Shown here in pieces: positions 1-14,580 of a stretch of DNA of 64,000 nt. This DNA comes from the human T2T-CHM13v2.0 reference genome, Homo sapiens, in NCBI RefSeq assembly GCF_009914755.1, contig NC_060928.1, one strand, 5' to 3'. The position numbers and the translations under genes are program-made. Below the pieces are notes generated by a model. It had not been told where the DNA came from. It saw nothing but the letters and a program-made list of their open reading frames with translations, and made no database searches. The first letter of the stretch is position 1. Every line of letters starts with the position of its first letter.

Positions 1-661
1 CTCCAGCTTCCCAGAAGAAAGTACCTGTCTTTGACAAAGAAGTCAGTGAAGGTCACTTTAGAACCCCAAACTTTTCTGTTCTGTAACGACGTGACTCATG
101 CAAGACACAGAAGGACTGCACTAGATTACCATGGATGTGCTCTTAATCATTGCTGAGGTTCTCCATGGAAGAGAAATGATGTCAGTCACCTGCTAGGGAG
201 ATTTGAGTCCTTTCTGGGTCCTTTCCCTTCTTCATCATGGTCCTCACCGTGATCTTGCTAAAGTCATCCTTTCTCAACAGAAACCTCTCAGGGGCCAATT
301 TAATAAATTCATTCTCAATTACCAGTAAAACTCTGGGGTGGAAGATGCATTTATACATCATCAAGTTATTATTAAATTTAAATCATTGAGTGACATGAAC
401 AGGCTGAGAATATTTTTCAAGACTAATGGATCTCCCTGTCACCAGAGACACTCCTGAAAAGGCAGCTCTCCTGAAGTGTTAGGGTCCATCCTATAAATTT
501 ACATAAATAGAGGTTGTTTCCTTTGGTCTTTAAAAGACTCCTGTGCTACATCAATTATATAACCCATTAGGGAATTAAATAGTACCCTGTTGGGGAATGA
601 GTCTACTCTGCTCTCTAGCATTTTAGTGTACTGATTTATTTATCATTTTAACCCAAATAAA

Positions 662-825
662 TAGTACTCCTTAACTTTTCTGAGTCATGGGCTCTTTTTT
701 TACTAGAATCTCATGGAAATTACAGTGTTTTTTTCTTCAGAAAAATGCACATACATAATTTTGCAATGAAGTTCACATTGTCAATGGACTCTCTCAAGTA
801 TATCCATGAGCTTCAAAAGAAACAC
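662..825. mobile_element. hAT-Charlie MITE remnant (Charlie4z-like)
   Basis: gagtcatggg..gaatctcatggaaatta..cagaaaaatgcacatacataattttgca resembles the recalled Charlie4z consensus; very diverged. Confidence 0.5.
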
Positions 826-2018
826 AGCCTCAGCTATTTCAAAGGCATGAAAAACTTGTGTCTAGGACAAGTAGTTCTGACAATTTTTTTCTCATAGGAA
901 ATGAAGGGCTGATGTTCACCCAGAGAGTGGTGCTGGCTGTTCACTGTCAACACCATTTTAACTGTAGGGCATCCATTCTGATAGTTCTGTGCCTGTGCCT
1001 TTCTATTTTTAGGTGTGTTTAATTTTGTCTTTGCATACAGGAAACATGGATGAACATGGCCAGGGAGAGAGTAAAAGGATGAAAGAACAAGGTGCCTACC
1101 ATGGAGGATGCAAAAGAAATTTTTCCCCGAGAACTGTAGTCCCAGGTTAGGCATGCTCCAGCAAAACTTTTTCTCAGAGTTATCCCACTTCTCCTATATG
1201 CCAGGAATCTCCTTAGGCCTGAAGCATGCAGAAAGGTGCATAATTAGTCTTTGTTCAATAGGTCATCTTCTGGAGGTGATGGGGCTTTACTTTAGGTCCA
1301 TAGACCCTGTTTACTAAAACCAACTTGTCACACTTCACACATTTGGGTATCCTTTATTTCTAACTGGAATTGTACTTGACTAGCATTTTTGGAATAATTC
1401 TGTTGGCAGTAGTTCTTCTGAGTGAGTACTACAACAAAGTTGTATAAGTCTAACCATTTTAGAATCTACTCTAACCAGAGTGTCAACTCCAACAAGAAAA
1501 CCCCTAAAAGGAAAGAAAGAGCTGCCAACTATTTGATGGTTTGACAAAGTGTGGCTGTTTTTCTGGGCTGTGATTTATTTAAATTTTGCAAGCCCTTATC
1601 ATCTTGCAGGTTTTAGGCACTTTGGTGGTGATTCAGATAAGGTTAAATGAGTTGCTTCCAAAACACAAGACTGTCGGGTGGAAATACGGAAAGACTTAGT
1701 GCCAGGTTTTCTGATCTTTGAACCAATGCGCTGCCTCAGAGTTATGGGATTCAGGAGGAATTATTTGACCTCTTTGACCGGGTTTCCTCATGGGAAACAT
1801 TTTGTTGATGGTGATTTGCTTGCCTCATACAAGGAATCATGGAAAAAACAATGTTAAAAACTTTGAAAGTTCTGTTTCATTCTACACAATGACGCTAATT
1901 TCTCTTAAATTAACTTGAACTGTTTTTTTCTCCATCTGCACAAGTAATTAGCACAGGATAGCTAGATTGAATGTCCAGCTCTCACATTAGGTAGAGATGT
2001 TAAACATGCACGTGTATG

Positions 2019-2073
2019 CGCACACACGCACACTCACACTCACACACACTCACACTCACACACACTCACACAC
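2019..2073. repeat. Compound (CA)n/(CACACT)n microsatellite
   Basis: directly visible repeat. Confidence 0.9.
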
Positions 2074-2806
2074 CACTGCCTGCCATGAAGCACAACCACA
2101 CTCATTTTAAAATTACATTTATTTTATTTTTTACTGCATTTTTTGAGAATGTGAGGAGAAAGGTTAAGAGCTTGAACGTCCTTGTATCTCTCAGTAGTAA
2201 AACAAGACCCCTGGGAACATGTGTGCCTGTCACAGCTGCACCCCACACCCAATGCTCAGACTTAAAAAAAATGAGAATGGCTTCTTCCATCACCATTTTG
2301 ACCTTCTTAAATAATATTAATGTTGATTTACAAGGTTTAAAATGGCAAAGAGGGACAATGAATATGCTAAAATCTTGCTTTATCTGTAGTTATAAATGGT
2401 GAGCATGAAAGCAACACAAATAATTAATCTGGTTTCCTTTGTTTTGTCTTGGTCATTGGAAAGTCAAAAGTGGATCTTGGCCCAAATCTCTCATCTAGAG
2501 GATAGACTTGGAATAGACAATTACTATTTTTTGTATTTTTTGCTATTGTTCTTTTTTCAGCTAAATGCCTATGCATTGCTAGGAAATGTCAGGCTTTTTG
2601 GTCTTTGGTAATATTTTATTTAAGGACTTTAATGGAAATTAAAGAATATTACTTAAAGTTTTTTCCCATCTTGGTACTTTACAGGGTCAAAGAATGAAGG
2701 AGAAAAGAAAGAAAATGCAAAACAAACAAACAAACAAAAAAACTATGCAAAGTCTTCACTTAACCTGAATAAACTGAGTGTCATGGCAAATGCCAAGTTC
2801 TTTGCA

Positions 2807-3015
2807 TTTTTTTTTTTTTTTTTTTTTTTTTGGAGACAGAGTCTTGTTCTGTAGCCCAGGCTGGAGTGGAGTGGGGCAACCACAGCTCACTGAAGCCTGG
2901 AACTCATGGACTTAAGTGATCCTCCAGTCTCAGCCTCTGGAGTAGCTGGGACTACAGGCACACACCACCGTGCCTGGCTAATTTTATTTTTTGTAGAGAC
3001 AGTCTCACTATGTTG
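2807..3015 (-). mobile_element. AluJ, 5'-truncated
   Basis: poly-T followed by ggagacagagtcttg..cacagctcactgaagcc..gtagagacagtctcactatgttg. Confidence 0.9.
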
Positions 3016-3469
3016 TGCAGACAGTGCATATGTTCTTTTCATATGTCCTTTCCTATTGAACACACAAACCAAATCAAATTTACCAGATTTCCATGGACAT
3101 GTAAATTTGATTTCGCTTTAACTATGAGCCATTGATTTCAGGGTACTGTGTTTTTTAGCATTTAGGTTTTACATTATGATTTTATCTTCAGGAATTCATT
3201 GATTTACACACTATATCATAAAATACATAGAACCTATGGTCAAATATCAGAATCAATGTTCTCTGAACTGAGCAACAATGGAGAAAAATCCCAGAGCTTT
3301 ACATAATGGCTCTATTGCAAATTTACAGTCTTGAAGCTCAGTTGAGCAGTTTAGACCGCTTATAAATTATGGAAAGTTGGGCAGAATATTTGAAATCTGG
3401 ACTATCCTAGAATAGCTGGGAAGAAGTTTAAGGTTCAGTGTAGGGTGGGAGGAAGAGACAGCTGTCAAA

Positions 3470-3650
3470 AATTCTAGCTTGGGTAACTGAGACAGAAGAT
3501 GCCAGAAGATGAGGTATTTTTAGAGGAAGGATGATGAGTCAATTTGGGACACACTGGATAGGAAGCACTTGTTGGACATCTAGATAGAGATGACCAGTTG
3601 AGAGTTAAATATAAAATGTGAAACTCAGAGAAGTAGTCTAGGCAGCCCTC
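3470..3650 (-). mobile_element. L2 fragment
   Basis: gatgatgagtcaatttgggacac..ggacatctagatagagatg..aactcagagaagtagtctaggc matches the reverse complement of L2. Confidence 0.65.
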
Positions 3651-4119
3651 AGAAAATGAACTTGACTTAAGCCATTTGAGGAAGAAAACGAACACAGTTT
3701 AACAGTTGCATTGAGCAGGGCTCCCCTGTAGGCACAAAATTAGAATGAAAATCATATATAATTATTCCCTTATCCTGGCCTACCATCAGAGCCACTTACT
3801 GCAGCGTGAGGTCTCTTTTAGTCTGGATTCTGAGTGGACAGTGGAACTTCAGAGGAGAGCAGAGTGTGCTCAATTCCTGTTTGGGCAGGAGAGGGCACAG
3901 AGTCAGCAGCGACTTGCAACCAAAGGGTAGTTTCCTCACTGTAAGGAAAATTCTGGACAATAATATTAAATGATTGCTCACAGAAAGATGGATTTAAGTG
4001 CTCTGAAAACAATAACAGCAATGCTTTGGCTTGAAAAAGAGGTAAACTCTTCCAAAATTAGAGAGAGATTTTATATAGATCAAAAAAGGTAGTAAGAAAA
4101 GCTATCACACCGACTGCTA

Positions 4120-4360
4120 GTAATAACTGACATTGGACATTGCTAGGTCTGGGCACTATGCTCAGTGCTTTATGTATATTAACTCATTTAATTCTCACTA
4201 AAACCTGTGGAGTAGGTACTGTTATCATTTTACATATGAGGAAACTGACACCCAGAGATTTTAAATATTTTACCCAGGGTTAAACAACTAATAAGGAGCA
4301 GAGCAGAGGCTTGAGTTTAGGCAATCTGGGTTCAGAGATCATGATCTTATAATACACTTC
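4120..4360 (-). mobile_element. MIR SINE
   Basis: ctcatttaattctcac..cattttacatatgaggaaactgacacccagaga MIR core. Confidence 0.85.
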
Positions 4361-5710
4361 CTGTGTTAACACAAAACAACCCACTTTGGTTTCAACATAC
4401 CATATGCAAGGTTCATACTGGTACAATTTGCACCGTAAATAGAGCAAATGCTATGAAAAAGCTGATAGATAATAGGAAGCTTTAATATCTCTACTCATTT
4501 AATCCAGAGTTTTACTCCCCGTCACCATGGAGAAACTATGCAGTGCTATGAAAGAATGCTCATCAGTGTTTTGTGGTTTTTTTTCCAGCTATCTCCTCTG
4601 CAGAACTCTGTGCTAATGATAGAATTTGCATACTAATGATAATTGCAACCAAGAAAGCTGTATTCTCTTTCTACTCGAGGTAATTGAATAAAGAAGTGCT
4701 GTGGGGCAATTACTGCAGTTAGTTATAGAAAATTCTCTGAAAAATAAGACCAAAACATATATACTCAAATTCAGTATGATTGCATTTATCAACATTATTT
4801 GCTTCTTTTAAATCATAATAATAATAGACAGAATTATTGCTCTGGGTTCTTTGACTGTGTTAACCCAGTCATCTCAATGGCTCTATTATTTAGGCTTATA
4901 TTTTTCCATTTTATGGATAAGAAAAAAAAGAAGTTTAACAATGTGCCCAATAACACAGGTATGAACTTTAAAAAGGCTATTAAGAGATCATTTATATCAT
5001 AGTTCTATTCTCTTATTTTTATTCTATCTTTTGATTATTATAAAATTAATTATAAATAGTGCCAGACATATTTTGCTGTTATAATTTTACTACATAATGG
5101 AACACTTTTACTCTACTATTTCAGTGCCCTTTTACTTGATTACGGCAAAATTCTTTGCTAATGACACCTTAACATGCATGACTGTGTTGTTGGGTTATTT
5201 TTTCCATGGGAGTTTCACTAATTCCATTTATTTGCCAGTCGGTGTACTTCAACATTTTTAATTTATATTAGCATTAGAAACCCATTGAAAACACAAGTCA
5301 ATACTCAATTCAAAATAAGGTGACTTTACTTTCTTTAGGTATAAGAAATCCTAAACTCTGAACCACAATAAAAAACTGCAGGATTAGAAACCTAGATTCA
5401 GGACAAGACAACCAAAATCATAAAGACTCCTTTACAACTTCATAGTTTGTGCAATCTTAGCAAATAATATTATTTTCATGATCAGAAAGTGTATTTAAAC
5501 TTTAACGTTTTTATTTTATTTTGTCTAATTTTTATTGGCCTTACAGACAAGATTATTTTATTCTTTTCTAATTGCTTTAATGTCTTTCTTGTTCGATATT
5601 TTCTGTTTTTCTGTTCAGTTATCATGACTGCCTATTTAGAAACAGACTTTCGAAGGTGTGAGTCTTAAAGTCAGAGCATAGCCAGTCCTCATATTTATTG
5701 GTAATTGACT

Positions 5711-6012
5711 TTTTTTTTTTTTTTTGATAGGGTCTCACCTGTTGCCCAGGCTACAGTGCAATAGTGAGATCCCAGCTCACTTCAGTCCCAAACTCCTGGG
5801 CTCAAGGGATCTTTCTGCCTCAGCCTCCTGAGTAGGTGGGACTGTAGGCATGTTCCATCATGCCCCACTAATTTTCCTTTTTTATTTTTTTAGATAGAGA
5901 GTCTCACTATGCTGGCCAGACTCGTCTCAAACTTCTGGGCTCAAGCAATCCTCCCACCTGCCTCAATCTCCCAAAATGCTGGAATTACAGGCATAAGCCA
6001 TCACACCTAGCC
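5711..6012 (-). mobile_element. AluJ, full length
   Basis: dimeric Alu; TSD gtaattgact at 5701-5710 and 6014-6023. Confidence 0.92.
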
Positions 6013-6129
6013 AGTAATTGACTCTGAAAGTAACACACAAAGATTGGAAAGTGATCTAAGTTCTGAATTCAAATATCAACACATGCATTTTGCTATTTCT
6101 TTGTTCTTTAACTGCAGCAAGAACAAATA

Positions 6130-6583
6130 ACATGAGATCTATCTTCTTATCAAATTTGTAAGTATATAGTAGAGTAATGTTACCTACAGGCACAATGTTG
6201 TACAGCATTTGTTCTACATAATGTTCTACAGGTATCTGTAGAACTTATTCTTCTTACCTAACTGAAACTATGCCTGTTAAATGGCAAATCCCAATTTTCC
6301 TCTCACCCAGCCTCCAGCAACCACTATCCTACTTTCTGTTTCTGCTAGTTTTACTATATTGAACTCCATATATAAGTGGAATCACATAGTATTTGTCCTT
6401 CTGCAACTAGCTTATTTTACTTAGCATAATGTCCTCAAGGTTCATTCACGCTTTCTTATATAGCAGGATTTGTTTATTATGGTTGGATAATATTCCATTA
6501 TATGTTTATAAGACATTGTCTTTACACATTCATCTCTCAATGAATATTTTGGTCATTTCCACATTATAGCTATTGTGAATAAT
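6130..6583 (-). mobile_element. L1MA/L1MB 3' end (non-inverted half of a 5'-inverted L1)
   Basis: ggcacaatgttgtacagc..gaacttattc..tataagtggaatcacatagtatttgtccttctg is an L1M 3'UTR. Confidence 0.85.
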
Positions 6584-6589
6584 CATACA

Positions 6590-7787
<1,198 letters not shown>

Positions 7788-8334
7788 TTTGAAAGATATT
7801 AATACGTCAGAGAAATTGTCCAAAAGGAGCTTTGCTCGGTAAAGAAACAAAGGGAGGAGGGGGGTGGGATTTGTGTTTCTCAAGTTACTTCAATTTTAAC
7901 TATTACAGTGTTTTGAAATTTCTCCAGTGGAAATATATATTAAACACAAGTATAACAGCCAACAAGTTTGACGGAGAGTTAACCAACTTTAACTCAAAGC
8001 ATCATTTTCAAATGCCTCCTCTACAGTGTTCCTTCTAGTGAAGTAGATGTTTGGTTATATGAAGAGGACCTTTAGTGATAAACTTTTACAATAAACATGA
8101 GTAATCTATGTAATCAAATAACTGTTGAAGAGTCAGTCTTCAAATTTCATAGTATTACAAAAGTAAATGTTGATGTCCTAAATTGTACTCAGGTTTTGTT
8201 CAATATGAGAGAAGTTATAATGTAATGGAGAGAATTATTGGTCCTGTCTAGATGATCTGAGGAAACAAGATGGAGACTGCCACACGAGTAGGATTCTAAG
8301 GAAATTAACTCAGTCTTGGCAGAGAGTTCTAGTT

Positions 8335-8690
8335 GTCTCTTCAGCATTCATGACCCCTCACTGTCCTCCTTAAGAAGAGAAATCAATTTTTAACTGAGCT
8401 CCTTATCAGCTTGTGGTCATATGACTATGTTCTGGCCAACAAGATACAAATGGACATGTATGAGACTTCTGGAAAACTGTTTATAGAGAATCTACTTCTA
8501 GAAGGAACACATTTTTAATTCTCTTAGCTTTCTTCTTCTACTTGATCTGCAACTCAGATATGAGAGCTAAAGTTTCAGCAGCCATCCTTGTCTATGAGGA
8601 AATTCTGAGGGTAAGAACTACGTGGTAGGATGGAGGGGAAGAATAATTGGCACTAACCTACTAGCTCTGAACAACCTATTTCCAGACTTA
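8335..8690 (+). mobile_element. Old MaLR LTR (MLT1J-like)
   Basis: gtggtcatatgactatgttctggccaac..gagacttctgg..cagcagccatcctt. Confidence 0.65.
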
Positions 8691-10049
8691 CTGTGTAATG
8701 TGACATTTTTACCTAGATGGCACTGTTTGTGCAATTATTTAAATATTTTATTACTTTCCACTCTCTTTACTTAGAAAGTTCTAAAACATGGACAAATGAA
8801 AATGTGATGCAAATGATAAAACAATACAACTGGCACAGAAGAAATTCTTAGCTTTAATTGTCTACCCTTTAGATTTATGTCATCCAACTGTCTGCTTAAT
8901 TATGAAAGAAAATAAATAAGTATAAATGGTAAACACAAATATATATGCAGTGCTTAAACATATTTTTGAATATGTTTAAAATAGTTTATAAGGAATAGTT
9001 TATCATTTGACTTTTTATGTGGAGTTTTTCGTAGAAAGTTTTAAGAATTAATTATAAATGAAAGCAGAAAAATCCTGTAGTTACTTCAGGAATTTCTTGC
9101 TTTATAATGATGGTGTGACACTCAAAATAATTTTGAACATGTCTTCAAAATTAAAAGAATATTTTGTGAAAACTTATAAGCGGTGATAAATACTCGTTCT
9201 TTAGAGTTGATTTGACTTGAGAACCAGCCTTCAGTCACAGATCAAAGAGGAATGTTACTGAAGAGATCAGACAAGTTTGGTCACAAAAGTATGCACCTGC
9301 ATGTCTTGTAAAAGAGCTCTGAAATTGCCATGAGAAAAAAAAGCATTTTTTCGAAATTAATGTCTGGCTTCCAAGGTGAGTCTTGTGAAGGAATATTCAT
9401 TTGGTTGTATAACTTACAAACACAGTGTAATTTCCAGATGCAGTTTAGTAAGTTTCATTTTTTTAAAAACAGGCTTTTGTAATGCAACTTTTTACCTCCT
9501 GTTCCATTGCAATGTCTTTATTTATAGCTTCCCACACCTCCAAGATTTTCCCACATTTAGTGTTCAGCATATCCAAGTTACTAGCCAAGGGCAGCAACTA
9601 CAGAAGAGCTGTAAGCATCGCAAACTTATGAGGACTTCAAAATGTCATTGCTTGGTAGACCCCTACTCTCTCCACTTGTTCTTTCTCAGAATCAATCTGA
9701 CTCAGGATCCAAGATTTCTGAGATAGCCATCAAGGAATCATTCTGCCTAGATTCATGGCTCTTTTTGTTCTCTCCAAAATTAACTTATTCTGTGGGGTCA
9801 TATATCATCTTTGGTCCCTATGCCTAAGTTTTACAACTTTCTACTTGCCCCTCTGGATCTTTGACTTCTGTGAATAAAGATTCCATTGTCCCCTTATATT
9901 CATGGCAGTGCCCTCATGAAGCCTGAGTTGTTCCCATAGCCAAGAGATACACTGATCATATAATTCAAAATCCTAACCGCATTTATTCTCCTGGAAATAT
10001 GACTGAGTCTCTTGTTTCAGCTGTCTCTGTCTGTCCCATGATGGTCTGA

Positions 10050-10870
10050 GGTAAAAAGAGTTTGTTTCCTCCTGTCTATACTATCTTCTCACTGATAGTT
10101 GTTCATGTCAAAAAGTCTGTGGCTTTCTTTAGAAACAAAATAAAATCCAAATTTCTTAACAAACTCCACATAACCCTACACGAAGTGGTCCTTGTGTTAC
10201 CAAAACATGTTTGGTCTAGTTCCTGCTTCTCGCTGAACAGGAAGCCAGTCACTGAAATGACGAGTATTGCCAAGGAAGAAGGCTTTAATCAGGTGCTGCA
10301 GCCCAGGAGATGGGAGATCAGTCTCTAATCCATCTCCTGACCCACCAAAAGTAAGAGTTTAGACAGCAGGGAAGAAATGTAACAATGTATAAGAAAGCAG
10401 GAACTGGGAAGGGGCAAGGAAGCAGTCACGATGAATGAGGGGTCGGCAACTCATTATCTGGGTGTGGTGATCTGGTAAGTCTCAGTTCTTTGATACTTCT
10501 TGAGATTCCTGGGAACCCTTTCCTGAGGAAGGAATTCAGATAAAATAAATATAAGTTTTAAGCTTAAGAGCAGAAGGGTCAATTTCTATATTCATCCGAA
10601 AGAAAAAAAACTATTCTATGGGACTATTGGATGGGTATCACTTGCCTATCACTTAAACCTTAAGTTCTTCCATCCTCCCTCTTAGTCCCCGAACTCCAGG
10701 TATTCTGGCCTTCTTTTCTGCTGCTGAACACACCAAGCTTGTTCATAATATTCAGATTCTGTACTCACTGTGCCTTCTGTTAGAAATGTTTGATTTTCAG
10801 ATCTTCTCTTAGCTGCCTCTTCTTAGCATTCAGATTCCAATTCTCGCCTTCTCTAACCATTGTAGGTAAA
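10050..10870 (+). mobile_element. L2 fragment split by an ERV1 LTR
   Basis: aataaaatccaaatttcttaac..gtggtcct resumes after the LTR as cttgcctatc..tggccttcttttctgctgctgaacacaccaagctt. Confidence 0.7.
10195..10640 (-). mobile_element. ERV1 (MER4-group) solo LTR
   Basis: TG..CA termini; exact 4-bp TSD cttg at 10191-10194 and 10641-10644; exact family not determined. Confidence 0.8.
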
Positions 10871-12806
10871 GTGGTTACCGATCCTGCCTTCTCATTTTTC
10901 ATCTTCTTTCTTCACATAAACCAGAGGCAGCTGGACACTTTAAAATGTTTTTTCCCAAGCTTTTATGGCCTGCTCCTCTGTTAGAATTTGTCTGTAAATG
11001 ATAACACCAGCTTTTTTTCTTCCTCCTGTTTCTGGATTTGACGTGATTTTTAAATTCTTTCTTGGCTTTGTAAGTTAAGCTCCTGAGCTTAACTGTCTGG
11101 GTCTTGAAATTTGGACAACTTCCTTGAATTCTGAACTACATAGTTTTATAAACATTGCGTAGGTTTGTTTATTTTGTTGGTGTGAGCAATCAGTCTATAC
11201 CACAGCTCTTTTAAGTAAGCACTAGGCCTCTTTCCACTTATCCCACTCTAAGCACCACCATGTAGCCCCACAATTAGGAAGCAAGATTTGACAAAGCCTT
11301 AGGTGTCCTCTAACAACCTTCTTACTAAATGCAAGAAATTTCTGTCACTTCCTGGTAAGTAGATATTCCGGCTTCTTCATGAATAACTCTGATAACATGG
11401 AGTCCACTATTTCACTAGACAGGTCATGTCAACTACATAAACCTCTAAGACTCCTTAGAGACTTCTTTCTTAAATTTATCTTAAAACGTTTCCTGGAAAC
11501 CTCTACAGAATAGTTCAAATTTTACATTCTAGATGACACAAAATAATTCTTTACCATGTGCTAGCTACATGACCTGGTTAAGAATGGTCACAATCTAGGC
11601 ATGGATTTGAGGAGCTATGGGATAAACCTAGCTATCAAAACCAAAAAACTATGGCAAGATCACTGACATCACAGTGTGGCAATCAAGTAATCTTGAAGCC
11701 ATATGCTTCTTTCTTCACCATGCCTACTAATACCATTTATTTTCCACTGAGAATCCAGGAATAAATAACACCTCTACCTCTGAAAGGAGACAGTTTTCCA
11801 AGAATTGTTGAAGGGTAAAGGGGAAACATAAAGCTTTAAGTCTTTCTAAAGATAATTTGTGATATCCTCAAAACCTGCTCTCTTGTGCAAACAAATCCCA
11901 GTTCAATTTCTGTGTTTTCTAGGGAGCTTTACAGACTTGTGCCTCAGTTGTCTCTGATTAATGTTCCCCAACAAGTTCCCAAACAATTACTTTTTATTCT
12001 GGCTGAGTTCTCACAGTATAGCTCTTGAATATCTCTGCTTTGGAAAAATTGAACATCTGTAGCTCTCCTCCCTATTCCATTACCATGACATTTATTGAGT
12101 GCTAAAATGTACAAGATTATATTTGTCTCTGTGTTGTTAGGGCCCATACGCTGGTAGTCATTATACTTTTTCTTCTTTGAAGGTGTCCCTCCTTCACAGG
12201 GCTCACTGAAATACAGAACAGGTCTTGTCAGTTTGTGTGCATGACTATTTTTATCTCAGAGGGAGGGATTGTGGGATACAATTTATATACAAGAGATAAA
12301 TTATAGACACACAGTGTCTGGTTACTCACTTAGCTTAAGCAGGTTTACATATGTTAAAGAGTATCTTCTAGGCTTGTTTTCCCTCTGACTCCAATCACTG
12401 ATTCCTCGATTTCATTTTCTTGCTAGTTCACTGGGACATTTCACCTGGTAGGACAAGACTCAATTTTTCTTTTAGTACCCTTTAAGTCCTGGAACAAAGT
12501 TCTCTCAGGGGGCTTGAAATCCAGATTTCAGAGGGAAACTGCTTTCCATAGTCATCTAAACAGTTGGCAAGGATAGAGTCCTGTGATCTTTCCGCTTACA
12601 ATTTTACTACTAGTTTTCCCTTTGTTTAAGAAATAACAATCTGATTATCATTCTTTACCACCTACATCTAGATTCAGTCATCATATTCTGAAAATCCTCC
12701 ATCTCCTATCTTATATCCATTCTTCTTTTTGCCTTTCTTAACTACGAAACAGTTAATTTCTTGGGACAGTAATTTTGCCTTGGTATTTTTGAATTCCTGT
12801 GCATAG

Positions 12807-13292
<486 letters not shown>

Positions 13293-14334
13293 TGACTGTT
13301 GTTTTGTCTGGTTTTATGTGGTCCACTTACACCAAGACATCTCTATCTCAATTATGATGCAGATCATTTGGATCCAGCCTAACGGAATGTCCTCCCCTTC
13401 CTTCTCTTTCTCCTATATCAGCTATATATTTTAACATGCATACAATTCCAAAGTCAAAAACATTAAAACAAACTAGGAAAAAAAAAGTAAAGTAATGTTT
13501 CCCTTCAAGAGTCTAAAGAACTAGAACAGTTTCTAGGTAACCCACAGCAGATTAGCCCCAGGATATCTGAACAAAAATCTTTATATTACAGGAACTAAAA
13601 ATCAGTGGTTGAGTTTATTATATATCAAAGGTCTGCATCTTGTCACTTGAGACAATTCACAAGGAGAATAGAAATTTGAAAGAATAAATCTGACTAAGCC
13701 AGAAGCATTTTCCACCAGGTGTCAACACGTTTCCCATCTGCTGGGAATGAGGAAAGCTTTGTATCTGCTCCATCTCTGTACTCTTCCCTTCTTCAGACAC
13801 CAGGACAAAAACTTAACATTGTCGCTAAAGCAATTTTTATTTTGACAGCTTTAGCATTTCATCATAATGCCTTTGTTTCAATGGAAAAAGTTCTCCCACG
13901 CTCTTCACTGAAGATGACTTTCTTACTAAGTCAAAGCTTTTGCCTCTTCTTACATAACAAATGTGTACACAACCCACCTGCTTCTGGGTTACTTTCCATC
14001 TGTTCATCAAGACAAACCCTATTACATATGAAAACAACTTTTTTCCTTTTTATGGACATTATGTCTCCATGTAAATTAAATTTGTAATCAAGTTGGGTCT
14101 TCTTTTTAGACAACAAAAATATTTCAGGAACTTCATGACAATTGATTTATAGAATGTCCTGGTTAGCCAGGATATTTGTCTTATGTATAGTGAAATATTT
14201 TTTATAGACAACAGATAATTTCAATTTTAAAATAATCACTTGGACTGTAAATTCAGCGAAAAAGGCAGTCTCTTCCTTAATCGGAAGCCAAGTGGAGTTG
14301 CAAGTCATACTAACCTTAGGAAGTCAGAGCAACT

Positions 14335-14580
14335 GAGACATTGGAGATCATCTAGTGTGTTCCCAGCTTTGGACCTCTTTGAGAATTTGAAAAGGAAGCT
14401 ATAAACCCTCCTCTGGGAAAGTATACATGCACTCAAAATGTTCATAATATATCAGGGTTCTTTTGTTCCTCTGGGCCAAAAACCATAACCCAGGTAAGGA
14501 ACACTTGATTTAGTCCAACTCTTTCATTTTGATAACAAACGGAATCTCATAGAAGCCAACTGATTAACTTAAGATCCTAA
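14335..14580 (-). mobile_element. MIR containing a nested Charlie4z-like MITE (14357-14507)
   Basis: the MIR motif gagatcatctagtccaac is split, with degenerate TSD atctagt / atttagtc around gacctctttgagaatttg..ccaggtaaggaacacttg. Confidence 0.6.
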
